A stretch of 64,000 nucleotides of DNA, taken from Actinomycetota bacterium. GTDB lineage: Bacteria; Actinomycetota; Coriobacteriia; Anaerosomatales; JAUXNU01. Made by a program: the position numbers and the translations under genes. The DNA is taken from the NCBI GenBank assembly GCA_030682655.1, contig JAUXNU010000144.1, positions 27,991-91,990 of the forward strand. Reading direction: 5' to 3'. Position 1 is the stretch's first letter. Each line of letters begins with the position of its first letter. Positions 35,953 to 44,431 of this stretch are shown here, in pieces. The notes under the pieces were generated by a model. The model saw only the letters and a list, made by a program, of their open reading frames with translations. It was not told the DNA's origin and did not search any database.

Positions 35953-38394
35953 CTAGCTCCCTGCCGAGGACGGGTCGCTGTCGACGGTGCCCACACTGTC
36001 GGGTCCGAGGTAGCGGAAGGCTACGACGGCGATGTCGTCCGACGGATGCCCGCCGGCGTGTTCCTCGGCTGTCGCCAGCAGGCGTTCGACGACTACCTGA
36101 GGTGAGGCGTCACCTAGCGAGTCAAGCACGTCCCGGACACCGCTCTCGCCAAGGAACTCCGATCCGCGCCTTGAGTCGATCAACCCATCCGTGTACATGA
36201 CGAACCGGTCTCCGATTTCGAGCCGTGACTCGTACTCCTCGAAGATGCTGTCGGGATCGACGCCGAGCGGAAGGTTCCTCACGGTGATGTCCTCGGCACA
36301 TCCCGCGATCGTGCATACGACCGGGGCAGGATGCCCGGCGCACGCGACGCTCATGACTCCCGTGCCGAGATCGAGGACCCCGTAGATTGCCGTGATGAAG
36401 CGAGCTTCATCAATCTGCTGCGTGATCGCACGGTTCGCGGATGTGAGTACTTGTGCTGGGCGGTCCTCCCGGTATGCGAACGCCCGTATCGTGCTGCGTG
36501 CCATGGCGGTGAGCGTGGCCGCCTCAAGTCCCTTGCCCGCGACATCTCCTACCACGAATGCGACACGTCCCGGGTGAGCCTCGAACACGTCGTAGAAGTC
36601 ACCGCCGATCCTTGTCAGCTCGGCGACACTGCGATACGCCATCGCTAGGTCGACACCGGGAATCTCGGGAGCTGCGGTAAGAAGGGCTGCCTGGAGCGTA
36701 TCGGCAATGCGGTGCTGGGACTCGTACAGGCGTGCATTCTCGATGAACAGCGTGAGCATGACAGAGAGCTTCCGCGCGAAGTCGATCTCATCCTCGGTGA
36801 AGGCGTGTGGCTCCCCATGGAAGTTTACGTACAGAATGCCTATCCGCTCCTCGCGGAAGCGCATCGGGACGGCCATGGCCGAGGAAATGCCAAAGAGGTG
36901 CATCGTGGCCGAGTTTGCGCGGGGGTCTCCGGGCGCGTCGTCGAGAGCCAGCGGTTCGCTGTCGTCCTCGTCCCTGATCGGGATGGGCACGTCGGCATCC
37001 GTGAACGTGCTGCCGATGATGTCCTCGGGAAACTGCCATGCATGAACCGGTACCCACAGGTCGCCTTCGCGCAACATGATGGAGGCACTGTCGGCATCCA
37101 GGGCGGCGCCGGTCTCCTCGACCACGCGCCATAGGACCTCATCGATATCGAGAGAAGCGAGGATCGTCTGGTCGATGGCAGCGAGGGCGGCGTTGAGATC
37201 GCGGGAGGCGCGGAGGCGATACTCTGCACGCTTGCGACGGTCAATGTCCTCAACCGTTGCGATGAAGTACTTCGGGGCGCCCTCTTCGGTGGTGAGCAGC
37301 GTGCGGGTCGTATTGACCCAGATCACGGACTTGTCCTTGCGAATGTAGCGTTCTTCGAGGTCGTAGTCCGCGATCAGCTCGCCTACGAGAGCGTCGTCCA
37401 GCTTGCGCTGGCGCACGAGGTCTTCGGGATGCGTGATCGCGTCCGGCGACAGCTCCAGCAGCTCGTCAACGGGGTAGCCGGTGATGTTCGCGAACCGCGG
37501 GTTGACCGTCAGCCACGAGCCGTCAAGTCCGACGTGCGCGATTCCAAGACTTGCCTGCTCGAATGTCGACCGGTACCGGACTTCGCTGTCGCGAAGCGCA
37601 TCAGCAGTCTGGGTCAGTTCGCGAAACAGAACGTCGTACGGCCGCGTCAGCCCGATGTAGACGACCGCGCGATACAGCGCGAAGTAGGCGATGATGCGTA
37701 CGAAATGGCCGGCCAGGTTCCACGGTCCGAAGGGATGCGCGTACAGCGTGAACATCACCTCGGCGAGAGCGGAGGTCGCTATGCTGAGCGCGATGAATCG
37801 GGACACCCCTGGATCGAAGTGGCGGCGGGCGCGTGCGAACAGGGAAAGACCCACGAGAAACGCGGCAACGACGACCCACTCGCTCCAAATCTTGAACGGT
37901 GTCAGTCCTGAGTCCTCGATGAACGCCCGGGGAAAGATCCCTGCGATGATCGAGCCCACAAGCAGTACCGAGGCCGCTGCAAACACCCAGAACACCGTAG
38001 CTGGGCGCGCACGCCGGGTGACGAACAAGGGAGCCGCTAGAACCGCGACAGCCTGCAGGTAGCGTGCGGCCAGCCACAGCTGCGTGGGCAGGTCGGTGCT
38101 CACATCCGGGATAATACCGACCCCGCGGTAGGTGACTGCGTGCAGCAGGTCGATACCGGCCACGAAGAGGTAGGCGATCCCGAGAACGAGCAGGTAGCCG
38201 TTAGTGAAGTAGCGTCGGGCGTTCCATGTTACCGTGAACGCCAACGCTGCAACGACAACCGCGAAGAGCTCTACGAACAGGTGAAATGCCGGGTAACCAA
38301 GGGATTGTCGCACGATGAGAAGGACTCCTGCGACGGCGACCCAGCCGAGGGTGTAGGCAAACCAGCGGTTGTCGTACCGATGTTCGATCGTCAT
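35953..38394 (-). CDS. membrane sensor with PAS, GAF and SpoIIE/PP2C phosphatase domains
   Basis: An N-terminal block of about 8 TM helices is followed by PAS/PAC (FEQASLGIAHVGLDGSWLTVNPRF..RYIRKDKSVIWV), GAF (DIDEVLWRVVEE..) and C-terminal PP2C (GGDFYDVFE..VVGDVAGKG..YTDGLID). Confidence 0.8.
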   Translation of the reverse strand: MTIEHRYDNRWFAYTLGWVAVAGVLLIVRQSLGYPAFHLFVELFAVVVAALAFTVTWNARRYFTNGYLLVLGIAYLFVAGIDLLHAVTYRGVGIIPDVSTDLPTQLWLAARYLQAVAVLAAPLFVTRRARPATVFWVFAAASVLLVGSIIAGIFPRAFIEDSGLTPFKIWSEWVVVAAFLVGLSLFARARRHFDPGVSRFIALSIATSALAEVMFTLYAHPFGPWNLAGHFVRIIAYFALYRAVVYIGLTRPYDVLFRELTQTADALRDSEVRYRSTFEQASLGIAHVGLDGSWLTVNPRFANITGYPVDELLELSPDAITHPEDLVRQRKLDDALVGELIADYDLEERYIRKDKSVIWVNTTRTLLTTEEGAPKYFIATVEDIDRRKRAEYRLRASRDLNAALAAIDQTILASLDIDEVLWRVVEETGAALDADSASIMLREGDLWVPVHAWQFPEDIIGSTFTDADVPIPIRDEDDSEPLALDDAPGDPRANSATMHLFGISSAMAVPMRFREERIGILYVNFHGEPHAFTEDEIDFARKLSVMLTLFIENARLYESQHRIADTLQAALLTAAPEIPGVDLAMAYRSVAELTRIGGDFYDVFEAHPGRVAFVVGDVAGKGLEAATLTAMARSTIRAFAYREDRPAQVLTSANRAITQQIDEARFITAIYGVLDLGTGVMSVACAGHPAPVVCTIAGCAEDITVRNLPLGVDPDSIFEEYESRLEIGDRFVMYTDGLIDSRRGSEFLGESGVRDVLDSLGDASPQVVVERLLATAEEHAGGHPSDDIAVVAFRYLGPDSVGTVDSDPSSAGS

Positions 38395-38535
38395 GGGTCC
38401 TCGTCCGCAGGCGAGAGCTGTTCGGGGTTTGTGATCCTGGGGTATCGTGACATGCGCCGCGGCACACGGGCAACCGCCCGGTGGTGGGCTGCGCTATCCT
38501 AGACGGGTGACCTAGGGGAAGGTGCGTGGGAGTAC

Positions 38536-39255
38536 GTGATCGAGTTCGCCGAGATCACTGTTGGCCACGATGCGGGCGTCGGGTGTGTTCGCTGTCGCCC
38601 GACCCACCACATGATCGGTTCCTGCCGACCCAGGGAGGACATCGTTGCCGACATCGGATCGGCGGTCGACGGCTGGAGCTGGGGTTGCGGTCCGAACATC
38701 GTCCTGCTCGGCTGCGAGGCCTTCTCACATCCGGATCTGACCGAGGTCGTTGATTCTGCTGTTCGCGCCGGGGTAGTGCGCCTGTCCGTCAGGACAGATG
38801 GTGCGGCGCTTGCAGACCCGGACGCCGCTGAGCATTTCGTGCGCACGGGCGTGCGACGCATCGAGGTAACGCTTCTGGCCGGGTCCTCGGAGGTTCACGA
38901 CAGGCTCACAGGGTCACCTGGAAGCTTCGACTTGGCCATCGCCGGAATGCGTGCATTTGCCGCGGCTTCGAGCTCGCAGGACGTCAAGACGACTCTGTCC
39001 GGCCTGGTCCCCGCATGCGAGCACAACATCACCGGCATCCCCGACACAGTCCTTGCCTTCGCCCAGGCGGGGGCAAGCGTCGTCACTGTTGATGCCTCGC
39101 GCGCGAAGCGGCGCGCTCACGTACCCTGGCTCCAGGCCGCGGCGCTCACGGGCGTGCTCAATGCCGTGTGGGTATCCATCGAGGGTATCGAGCCGGAGAC
39201 GCTCGGCGAGGGGGCCGCGCACGCGGTGCCTGCCACGACTTGCAGGGGGGCTTGA
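38536..39255 (+). CDS. radical-SAM-like TIM-barrel protein lacking the canonical CX3CX2C and GGE motifs
   Basis: The core resembles MoaA/SPASM-type radical SAM enzymes (LLGCEAFSHPDL..VRLSVRTDGAAL..GVRRIEVTLLAGSSEVHDRLTGSPGSFD..GMRAF). The N-terminal Cys pattern is CVRC-x10-C, and GCE replaces GGE. Confidence 0.5.
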   Translation: MIEFAEITVGHDAGVGCVRCRPTHHMIGSCRPREDIVADIGSAVDGWSWGCGPNIVLLGCEAFSHPDLTEVVDSAVRAGVVRLSVRTDGAALADPDAAEHFVRTGVRRIEVTLLAGSSEVHDRLTGSPGSFDLAIAGMRAFAAASSSQDVKTTLSGLVPACEHNITGIPDTVLAFAQAGASVVTVDASRAKRRAHVPWLQAAALTGVLNAVWVSIEGIEPETLGEGAAHAVPATTCRGA

Positions 39256-39256
39256 G

Positions 39257-40552
39257 GTGTCCGCGGGTCCGCTGCGCGTGGCTCTGCTGGGGCTTAGTTC
39301 CTCCGGCTATCAGTCGCTTGCCCTTGGCTACCTGAGGGCGTCCGCCGAAGCTGACTCGCGGCTTGCGGGACGGGTCGGATTCCAGACACTCGATCTGACG
39401 GTCGACCTTGATCCATGGTGGGTCGCGTTTCGCGTTGTCGACATGAGACCGGATGTCCTTGGCATATCTGTGACCTGCTGGAATGCGCGGAAGGTATACG
39501 AGTTGTGCGACATCGTTCGGGGAGCGATGCCGGAGATCACTATCGTCCTCGGCGGCCCGGAGGTCGGACCGATCGCCGAACGTGTCCTGGAGCTGAACCC
39601 GGCCGTCGACATCATCGTCAGAGGTGAAGGCGAGGAGACCTTCTCTGACCTTCTGGACACATTGTCGCGTGGAGGGAAACCCTGGCGCGTCGAAGGCGTC
39701 ACAGCGCGTCGGGAGGGCTCGATCTCGTCCGCCCCTGACCGCTCCATAATCGGGACGCTCGACGCGATTGCTTCCCCGTACCTGTCCGGGGTATGTCAGC
39801 CCCTGGAGGGCTCCGCCTACATTGAGACATACCGGGGCTGCCCGCATAAGTGCGGGTACTGCTTCGAGGGCAAGGGATACGGGCGAGTGCGGTGCTTCTC
39901 GGACGAACGCGTCGAGGCCGAGGTAGCGGCGATCGTCGCGAGCGGCGTTCGCACATTCTCTTTCATCGACCCCGTGTTCAACCTGACCCGCGAACGGCTC
40001 GGTTGGCTCGCGGGTCTCATGGAGCCGTATGCGCGGGAGGGTGTCAGACTGCACACCATCGAGGTCGATATCGAGCGCATCGGTGCCGAGGAGGCAGCTC
40101 TGCTGAAGATGGCGGGAGTCATGTCCGTGGAGACCGGGCCCCAGACGGTGGGGAGTGCCGCGCTCGCTATCTGCCGGCGGTCCTTCGATCGCGACCGGTT
40201 CGCCGCCGGAGTGGGGGCCCTGCGTGCAGAGGGAATCAGCGTCGAGTGTGATTTCATCGTCGGGCTGCCCGGCGACACGCTTCAGGACTTCCTGGACGGC
40301 CTTCGCTTCGCACTCACGCTCGATCCCGGGAAGATCCAGATATCGACGCTTCATGTGCTGCCGGGGACCGACCTGTGGGAACGCGCGGACGAGTTCGGTC
40401 TCGTATTCCGCGAGGAGCCGCCGCACGAGGTGGTGTGTACCGCGCAGATGAGCTTCACGGATCTTCGCCGGGCTGAGGTCCTCGGCAGTTCGGTTGTTGC
40501 GCAGTACAGCGCCCGCACGGGTCCGCCGGTCGCAGGGGCGGTGGCGTCGTGA
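39257..40552 (+). CDS. B12-binding-domain radical SAM enzyme (class B type)
   Basis: An N-terminal Rossmann-like cobalamin-binding region (VLGISVTCWN..IVLGGPEV..IIVRGEGEETF) is followed by ETYRGCPHKCGYCFEG (CX3CX2C). GTG 39257 lies 1 nt after the upstream stop. Confidence 0.8.
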   Translation: MSAGPLRVALLGLSSSGYQSLALGYLRASAEADSRLAGRVGFQTLDLTVDLDPWWVAFRVVDMRPDVLGISVTCWNARKVYELCDIVRGAMPEITIVLGGPEVGPIAERVLELNPAVDIIVRGEGEETFSDLLDTLSRGGKPWRVEGVTARREGSISSAPDRSIIGTLDAIASPYLSGVCQPLEGSAYIETYRGCPHKCGYCFEGKGYGRVRCFSDERVEAEVAAIVASGVRTFSFIDPVFNLTRERLGWLAGLMEPYAREGVRLHTIEVDIERIGAEEAALLKMAGVMSVETGPQTVGSAALAICRRSFDRDRFAAGVGALRAEGISVECDFIVGLPGDTLQDFLDGLRFALTLDPGKIQISTLHVLPGTDLWERADEFGLVFREEPPHEVVCTAQMSFTDLRRAEVLGSSVVAQYSARTGPPVAGAVAS

Positions 40553-41715
40553 GTGGTGTCTCGCGCCGCGCGCAGGCGATTCGGCCGTTCGTGGTCATGG
40601 ACATCGTTGCGCGGGCGAAGGAACTTCAGGCTCAAGGTCGTGACATCGTTCGGCTCGAGATCGGCGATCCTGACCTTCCCACGCCGGATGTTGTCAAGCG
40701 GGCCGCCGAGGAAGCGATGGAGCGTGGGGACACGGGGTATACGCAGTCTCTCGGCATCCCCGATCTTCGCGACGCCGTATCCCGGCACTATGCGCGGACA
40801 TACGGCGTCGAGGTTGACCCGGATCACATCATCGTCACCCAGGGCACGTCTCCGGCGATGCTGCTGCTCTTTGGCGCTCTGCTCGATCCCGGCGACGAAG
40901 TGATCGTCTCCGATCCGTGCTACACGGCCTACCCGAACTACATCGATTTCCTTGGCGGCGCTACCGTTCGTGTCCCTGTGCGTGCCGAGGAGGGCTATCG
41001 CTTCCGGCCTGAGGAGGTGCGCGCGGCGATCACGCCACGGACCAGGGCGGTGATGATCAACTCGCCGGCCAACCCGATGGGGACGACTCTCGGACCCGAT
41101 GACCTTCGTGCTCTGGCGCAGATTGCCGAGGAGACCGGCGTCTACATCGCGAGCGATGAGATCTACCACGGGCTGTGCTTCGACAGTGAGGATCGCTCGA
41201 TCCTGCAGTTCACCGACCGCGCGTTCGTGCTGAACGGCTTCTCCAAGACGTATGCCATGACCGGGTGGCGGCTGGGATACCTCATCGCGCCAGAGGAGTT
41301 CGTCCGTCCTGCCGAGAAGATTCAGCAGAACTTCTTCCTGTGCGCGAATCACTTCGTGCAAGTCGCCGGCGTTGTTGCGCTGGAGAAGACAGATGCGGAG
41401 GTCGCGCGGATGAAAGCGATCTATGACGAACGGCGGCGCTTCCTGGTCCCGGCTCTGAGGGACATTGGTCTGCTGGTGGCTTCTGAGCCTTCGGGCGCGT
41501 TCTATGTGTTTGCGGACGCCCGCGCGTGGGGTTCGGACTCTCTCGTTCTCGCCCGTCGTCTACTCGAGGAGGTCGGCGTCTCCGTTGCGCCCGGCATCGA
41601 CTTCGGGGCAGGCGGCGAAGGCTTCCTGCGCTTCAGCTATGCTACCTCCCTTGATCGTCTGCGGGAGGGCGTCGAACGCCTGCGTGTGTGGGCGGACGAG
41701 AACGTGCATGCGTGA
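40549..41715 (+). CDS. class I/II PLP-dependent aminotransferase (AspC-like)
   Basis: Segments LEIGDPD, NSPANPMG and FSKTYAMTGWRLGY (PLP lysine) are present. The GTGA overlaps the radical SAM gene. Confidence 0.85.
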   Translation: MSGVSRRAQAIRPFVVMDIVARAKELQAQGRDIVRLEIGDPDLPTPDVVKRAAEEAMERGDTGYTQSLGIPDLRDAVSRHYARTYGVEVDPDHIIVTQGTSPAMLLLFGALLDPGDEVIVSDPCYTAYPNYIDFLGGATVRVPVRAEEGYRFRPEEVRAAITPRTRAVMINSPANPMGTTLGPDDLRALAQIAEETGVYIASDEIYHGLCFDSEDRSILQFTDRAFVLNGFSKTYAMTGWRLGYLIAPEEFVRPAEKIQQNFFLCANHFVQVAGVVALEKTDAEVARMKAIYDERRRFLVPALRDIGLLVASEPSGAFYVFADARAWGSDSLVLARRLLEEVGVSVAPGIDFGAGGEGFLRFSYATSLDRLREGVERLRVWADENVHA

Positions 41716-41947
41716 GGCGGTGCTCCCCGAGTTGCGGTTCCGGGCGTTGAGCCCGATGATGACCGGCAAGGATGTGCAGTCATCCCGCGGAATCATCCAT
41801 TCGTCGCGGGAAGCTCCAGCTTCTTGGGAGCAACGACGATGAACACTGTAGTATGTGATGTACGACACTGTGCAGCGGCATGGAAGTTGCTTTCATTTGA
41901 GAGACACCAACCAGTCGCTGCATGGCGCAACCGAGGGGACACGAGAC

Positions 41948-42673
41948 GTGATCGATAGTTGGGGCAAGGCCGACCTCCACATCCATACCGCTCACAGCGA
42001 TGGCATCGCGCGGGTCCCCGAGGTAATGGACTACGTGCAGGAGCACACGGACCTGCAGGTAATCGCCATAACCGATCACAACACGATCGAAGGGGCCCTG
42101 TTTGCCAAGTCCCTGGAGGAGCTCTACGACTTCGAGGTCGTCGTGGGCGAGGAGATCTCTTCCCGTTCCGGCCACATCATCGGCCTATACCTGGAGCACC
42201 CGATTCGGGCGGGACTATCGGCCGCTGAGACCATCTCCCGAATCAACGAGCAGAACGGTGTGGCGATCATCCCGCACCCGTTCTCGAATCAGGGGGTCTT
42301 TGGTCCATTCGGCATGAACGCATTCGGTGCTGCGCTCAACGACCTGGCGTTTCACGCGCTCGAGGTCTACAACTCGATGCCGTTCCTGGTCTATGCGAAC
42401 CGGGTCGCTTCAATGATGTTCGCGGGTGGACAGGGTATCGCCGCGACAGGGGGATCCGATGCCCACGTGCTGCATGGCATCGGCAAGGGCTACACCGTCT
42501 TCAAAGGGTCAACGGCCGAGGAGCTAAGGACCAGCATCGACAATCTCGAGACGCGTGCCGAAACCGGTCGCGGGGGCTTGTCTGTGGCCTTGCGCTACGC
42601 GTTCCGCGACCCGCAGATCCGTCGCCAGCAATCGCTGAACTGGGAGCGCTGCAAATCCCCCGCACGCTCGTAG
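41948..42673 (+). CDS. PHP-family metal-dependent phosphoesterase
   Basis: Segments DLHIHTAHSDG, ITDHN and IIPHPFS are present. GTG 41948 (8 nt after GAGGGGA) was preferred over the ATG at 41855. Confidence 0.7.
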   Translation: MIDSWGKADLHIHTAHSDGIARVPEVMDYVQEHTDLQVIAITDHNTIEGALFAKSLEELYDFEVVVGEEISSRSGHIIGLYLEHPIRAGLSAAETISRINEQNGVAIIPHPFSNQGVFGPFGMNAFGAALNDLAFHALEVYNSMPFLVYANRVASMMFAGGQGIAATGGSDAHVLHGIGKGYTVFKGSTAEELRTSIDNLETRAETGRGGLSVALRYAFRDPQIRRQQSLNWERCKSPARS

Positions 42674-42728
42674 TGCGGCGTGCGCACCGATCCACGATCC
42701 AGGACCGCTGTACTCTCCGTACGGTGCC

Positions 42729-44018
42729 CTAGCGTCGTTCCAGGTCCGATTTGGCTGCCAGTACAGCGCTCCTCAGCGCCTCCGCAACCACCGGGTCTTC
42801 CCCCCACGCGGACAGGCGAGTCACGTATACGTGTGAATCGACGCGTGCCTGGCGCATTGCAACAGTCAGGTCGAGAACAGTCGAGACCGACTCAAGCGGG
42901 TAGCACGCGGGGACGACAAGTATTCGTGTGCATCCGAGTGCTGCAAGATGGCGAACTGTCTCGGTCACGTCGGGAGGACGCCAGTCCGCCCAACACAATC
43001 GGATGTTGTTCTCCGCAAGGCCCTTCTCGATGAGTGTTATCCGCACCCTGTTCACGAATGCGTTCTCCTGCACGTCGAACCCGGCGTGCGTGCGTTCCCG
43101 GCCCTCGGACTGCCCGTGCATGAGAAGTGCGACACCGGTGGTCGAGGGATTCTGTGTGCTTGCCGCGATGCGCGCTGAGACCATGTTGACGATGCGATCT
43201 GACGCCCACAGCGGAGAGGTGTAGACGACTTCGAGGCCGGCGGCTTCGGGTCGCAGCGTATCAATCGATGCCTTGGCCCGGTCAATATCGAATGACTCCG
43301 CCACTGAGAGCGCGGCGACGATAATGCGGCGAAACCCACGGCGGTAGAGCCGCGCGACGTTTGCAGCGAGGGACTCCTTGCTGCCGCAAGTCACGAGATC
43401 GACGCGAGGGAACTGCTCTCGCCCAAGAAGCCCTTGAAGCTGGGCTGTGACAGACCGCGCCTGTGCGGCGGCGGGACTACGTCCTCCCACAGCACGGTAG
43501 CGCGCCTTCTGAGCAGCATACAGAAACGGCGTGATACCTATGCCTGCTTCCGGCAGCCCGGCGTCAGCGAGGTCGATCAGGTCGCGCGCGGTTGCGGACG
43601 GATCGTACGTTTCGGGCTCGATGCACGCCAAGACGACGACTGCTATTGGATTCCCGTCCGAGATGGGACCCTCATCCACCAGTTCCACCGAGGGTGTCCG
43701 GGAAGCCATGTGAGTCAAGACCGAAGAGGCAAGGCCAAACCCGCCTCCAACGACGCCAAGGGCAAGAAGCGCAGCGAAGAGGGTGACCTCGGTCCTTCCG
43801 TACGCGATGACGATGCGAGCGAGGCCAGCGCCAACGAGGCTGGTTGAAACGAGCGCAACGACCAAAGCGAGCGGTTCGCGCGAGCGCTTCAAGCTCAAGA
43901 GTCCCACGACGGCAGCTCCGGTCACCAACGCGCCGCCGAGGAGTTCTATCCAAGCAATCGTGGGCACACCCGGAACCTCTCTACGCATGTCATCCGATAA
44001 TACCCCTAGTGAAGCCAT
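42729..44018 (-). CDS. membrane-anchored class II chelatase (ferrochelatase/CbiX-superfamily) protein
   Basis: About 4 N-terminal TM helices are followed by two ferrochelatase-like half-domains (YRAVGGRSPAAAQARSVTAQLQGLL..; LLMHGQSEG..RILVVPACYPLESVSTVLDL). ATG 43988 is an alternative start. Confidence 0.55.
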   Translation of the reverse strand: MASLGVLSDDMRREVPGVPTIAWIELLGGALVTGAAVVGLLSLKRSREPLALVVALVSTSLVGAGLARIVIAYGRTEVTLFAALLALGVVGGGFGLASSVLTHMASRTPSVELVDEGPISDGNPIAVVVLACIEPETYDPSATARDLIDLADAGLPEAGIGITPFLYAAQKARYRAVGGRSPAAAQARSVTAQLQGLLGREQFPRVDLVTCGSKESLAANVARLYRRGFRRIIVAALSVAESFDIDRAKASIDTLRPEAAGLEVVYTSPLWASDRIVNMVSARIAASTQNPSTTGVALLMHGQSEGRERTHAGFDVQENAFVNRVRITLIEKGLAENNIRLCWADWRPPDVTETVRHLAALGCTRILVVPACYPLESVSTVLDLTVAMRQARVDSHVYVTRLSAWGEDPVVAEALRSAVLAAKSDLERR

Positions 44019-44032
44019 CGGGATTGACAGCG

Positions 44033-44051
44033 ATACCCCAGGGGGTATACT
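44033..44051 (+). promoter_or_regulatory. CsoR-type operator fused to a TATACT -10 hexamer, in the chelatase/trxA divergent region
   Basis: ATACCCCAGGGGGTATACT carries the inverted repeat ATACCCC/GGGGTAT. It is nearly identical to the site at 45401-45420 and resembles the B. subtilis CsoR copZA operator (TACCC-N4-5-GGGTA type). Confidence 0.6.
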
Positions 44052-44096
44052 TGATACGTACGCAGTATATGAGGACAGATCGTGAGGAGTAACTCC

Positions 44097-44426
44097 ATGG
44101 ATGGTTCAGTGAGAGATGTTTCGAGCAAGGACTTCACTTCCGAGGTTCTAGATGCGAGCATGCCGGTGGTCGTGGATTTCTGGGCTCCATGGTGCGGGCC
44201 GTGTCGGGTCGTTGGTCCGGAGATTGAGAAACTCGCCGCGACGATGGGCGATTCGGTGAAGTTCGTGAAGGTCAACATCGATGACAACCGGGAGCTTGCC
44301 GTCACGTATGGAGTCATGAGCATCCCGACGATAGCCAAGTTCGAACGCGGGAGCCTGGTTGCACAGGTGGTTGGCACCCGAGGTGCGGACGGACTTCGTG
44401 CGGAACTCGCGCTTGCTGCGAGCTGA
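44097..44426 (+). CDS. trxA: thioredoxin
   Basis: The active site is VVDFWAPWCGPCRVVGP and the segment YGVMSIPT is present. ATG 44097 lies 7 nt after GAGGAG. Confidence 0.9.
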   Translation: MDGSVRDVSSKDFTSEVLDASMPVVVDFWAPWCGPCRVVGPEIEKLAATMGDSVKFVKVNIDDNRELAVTYGVMSIPTIAKFERGSLVAQVVGTRGADGLRAELALAAS

Positions 44427-44431
44427 TAAGA

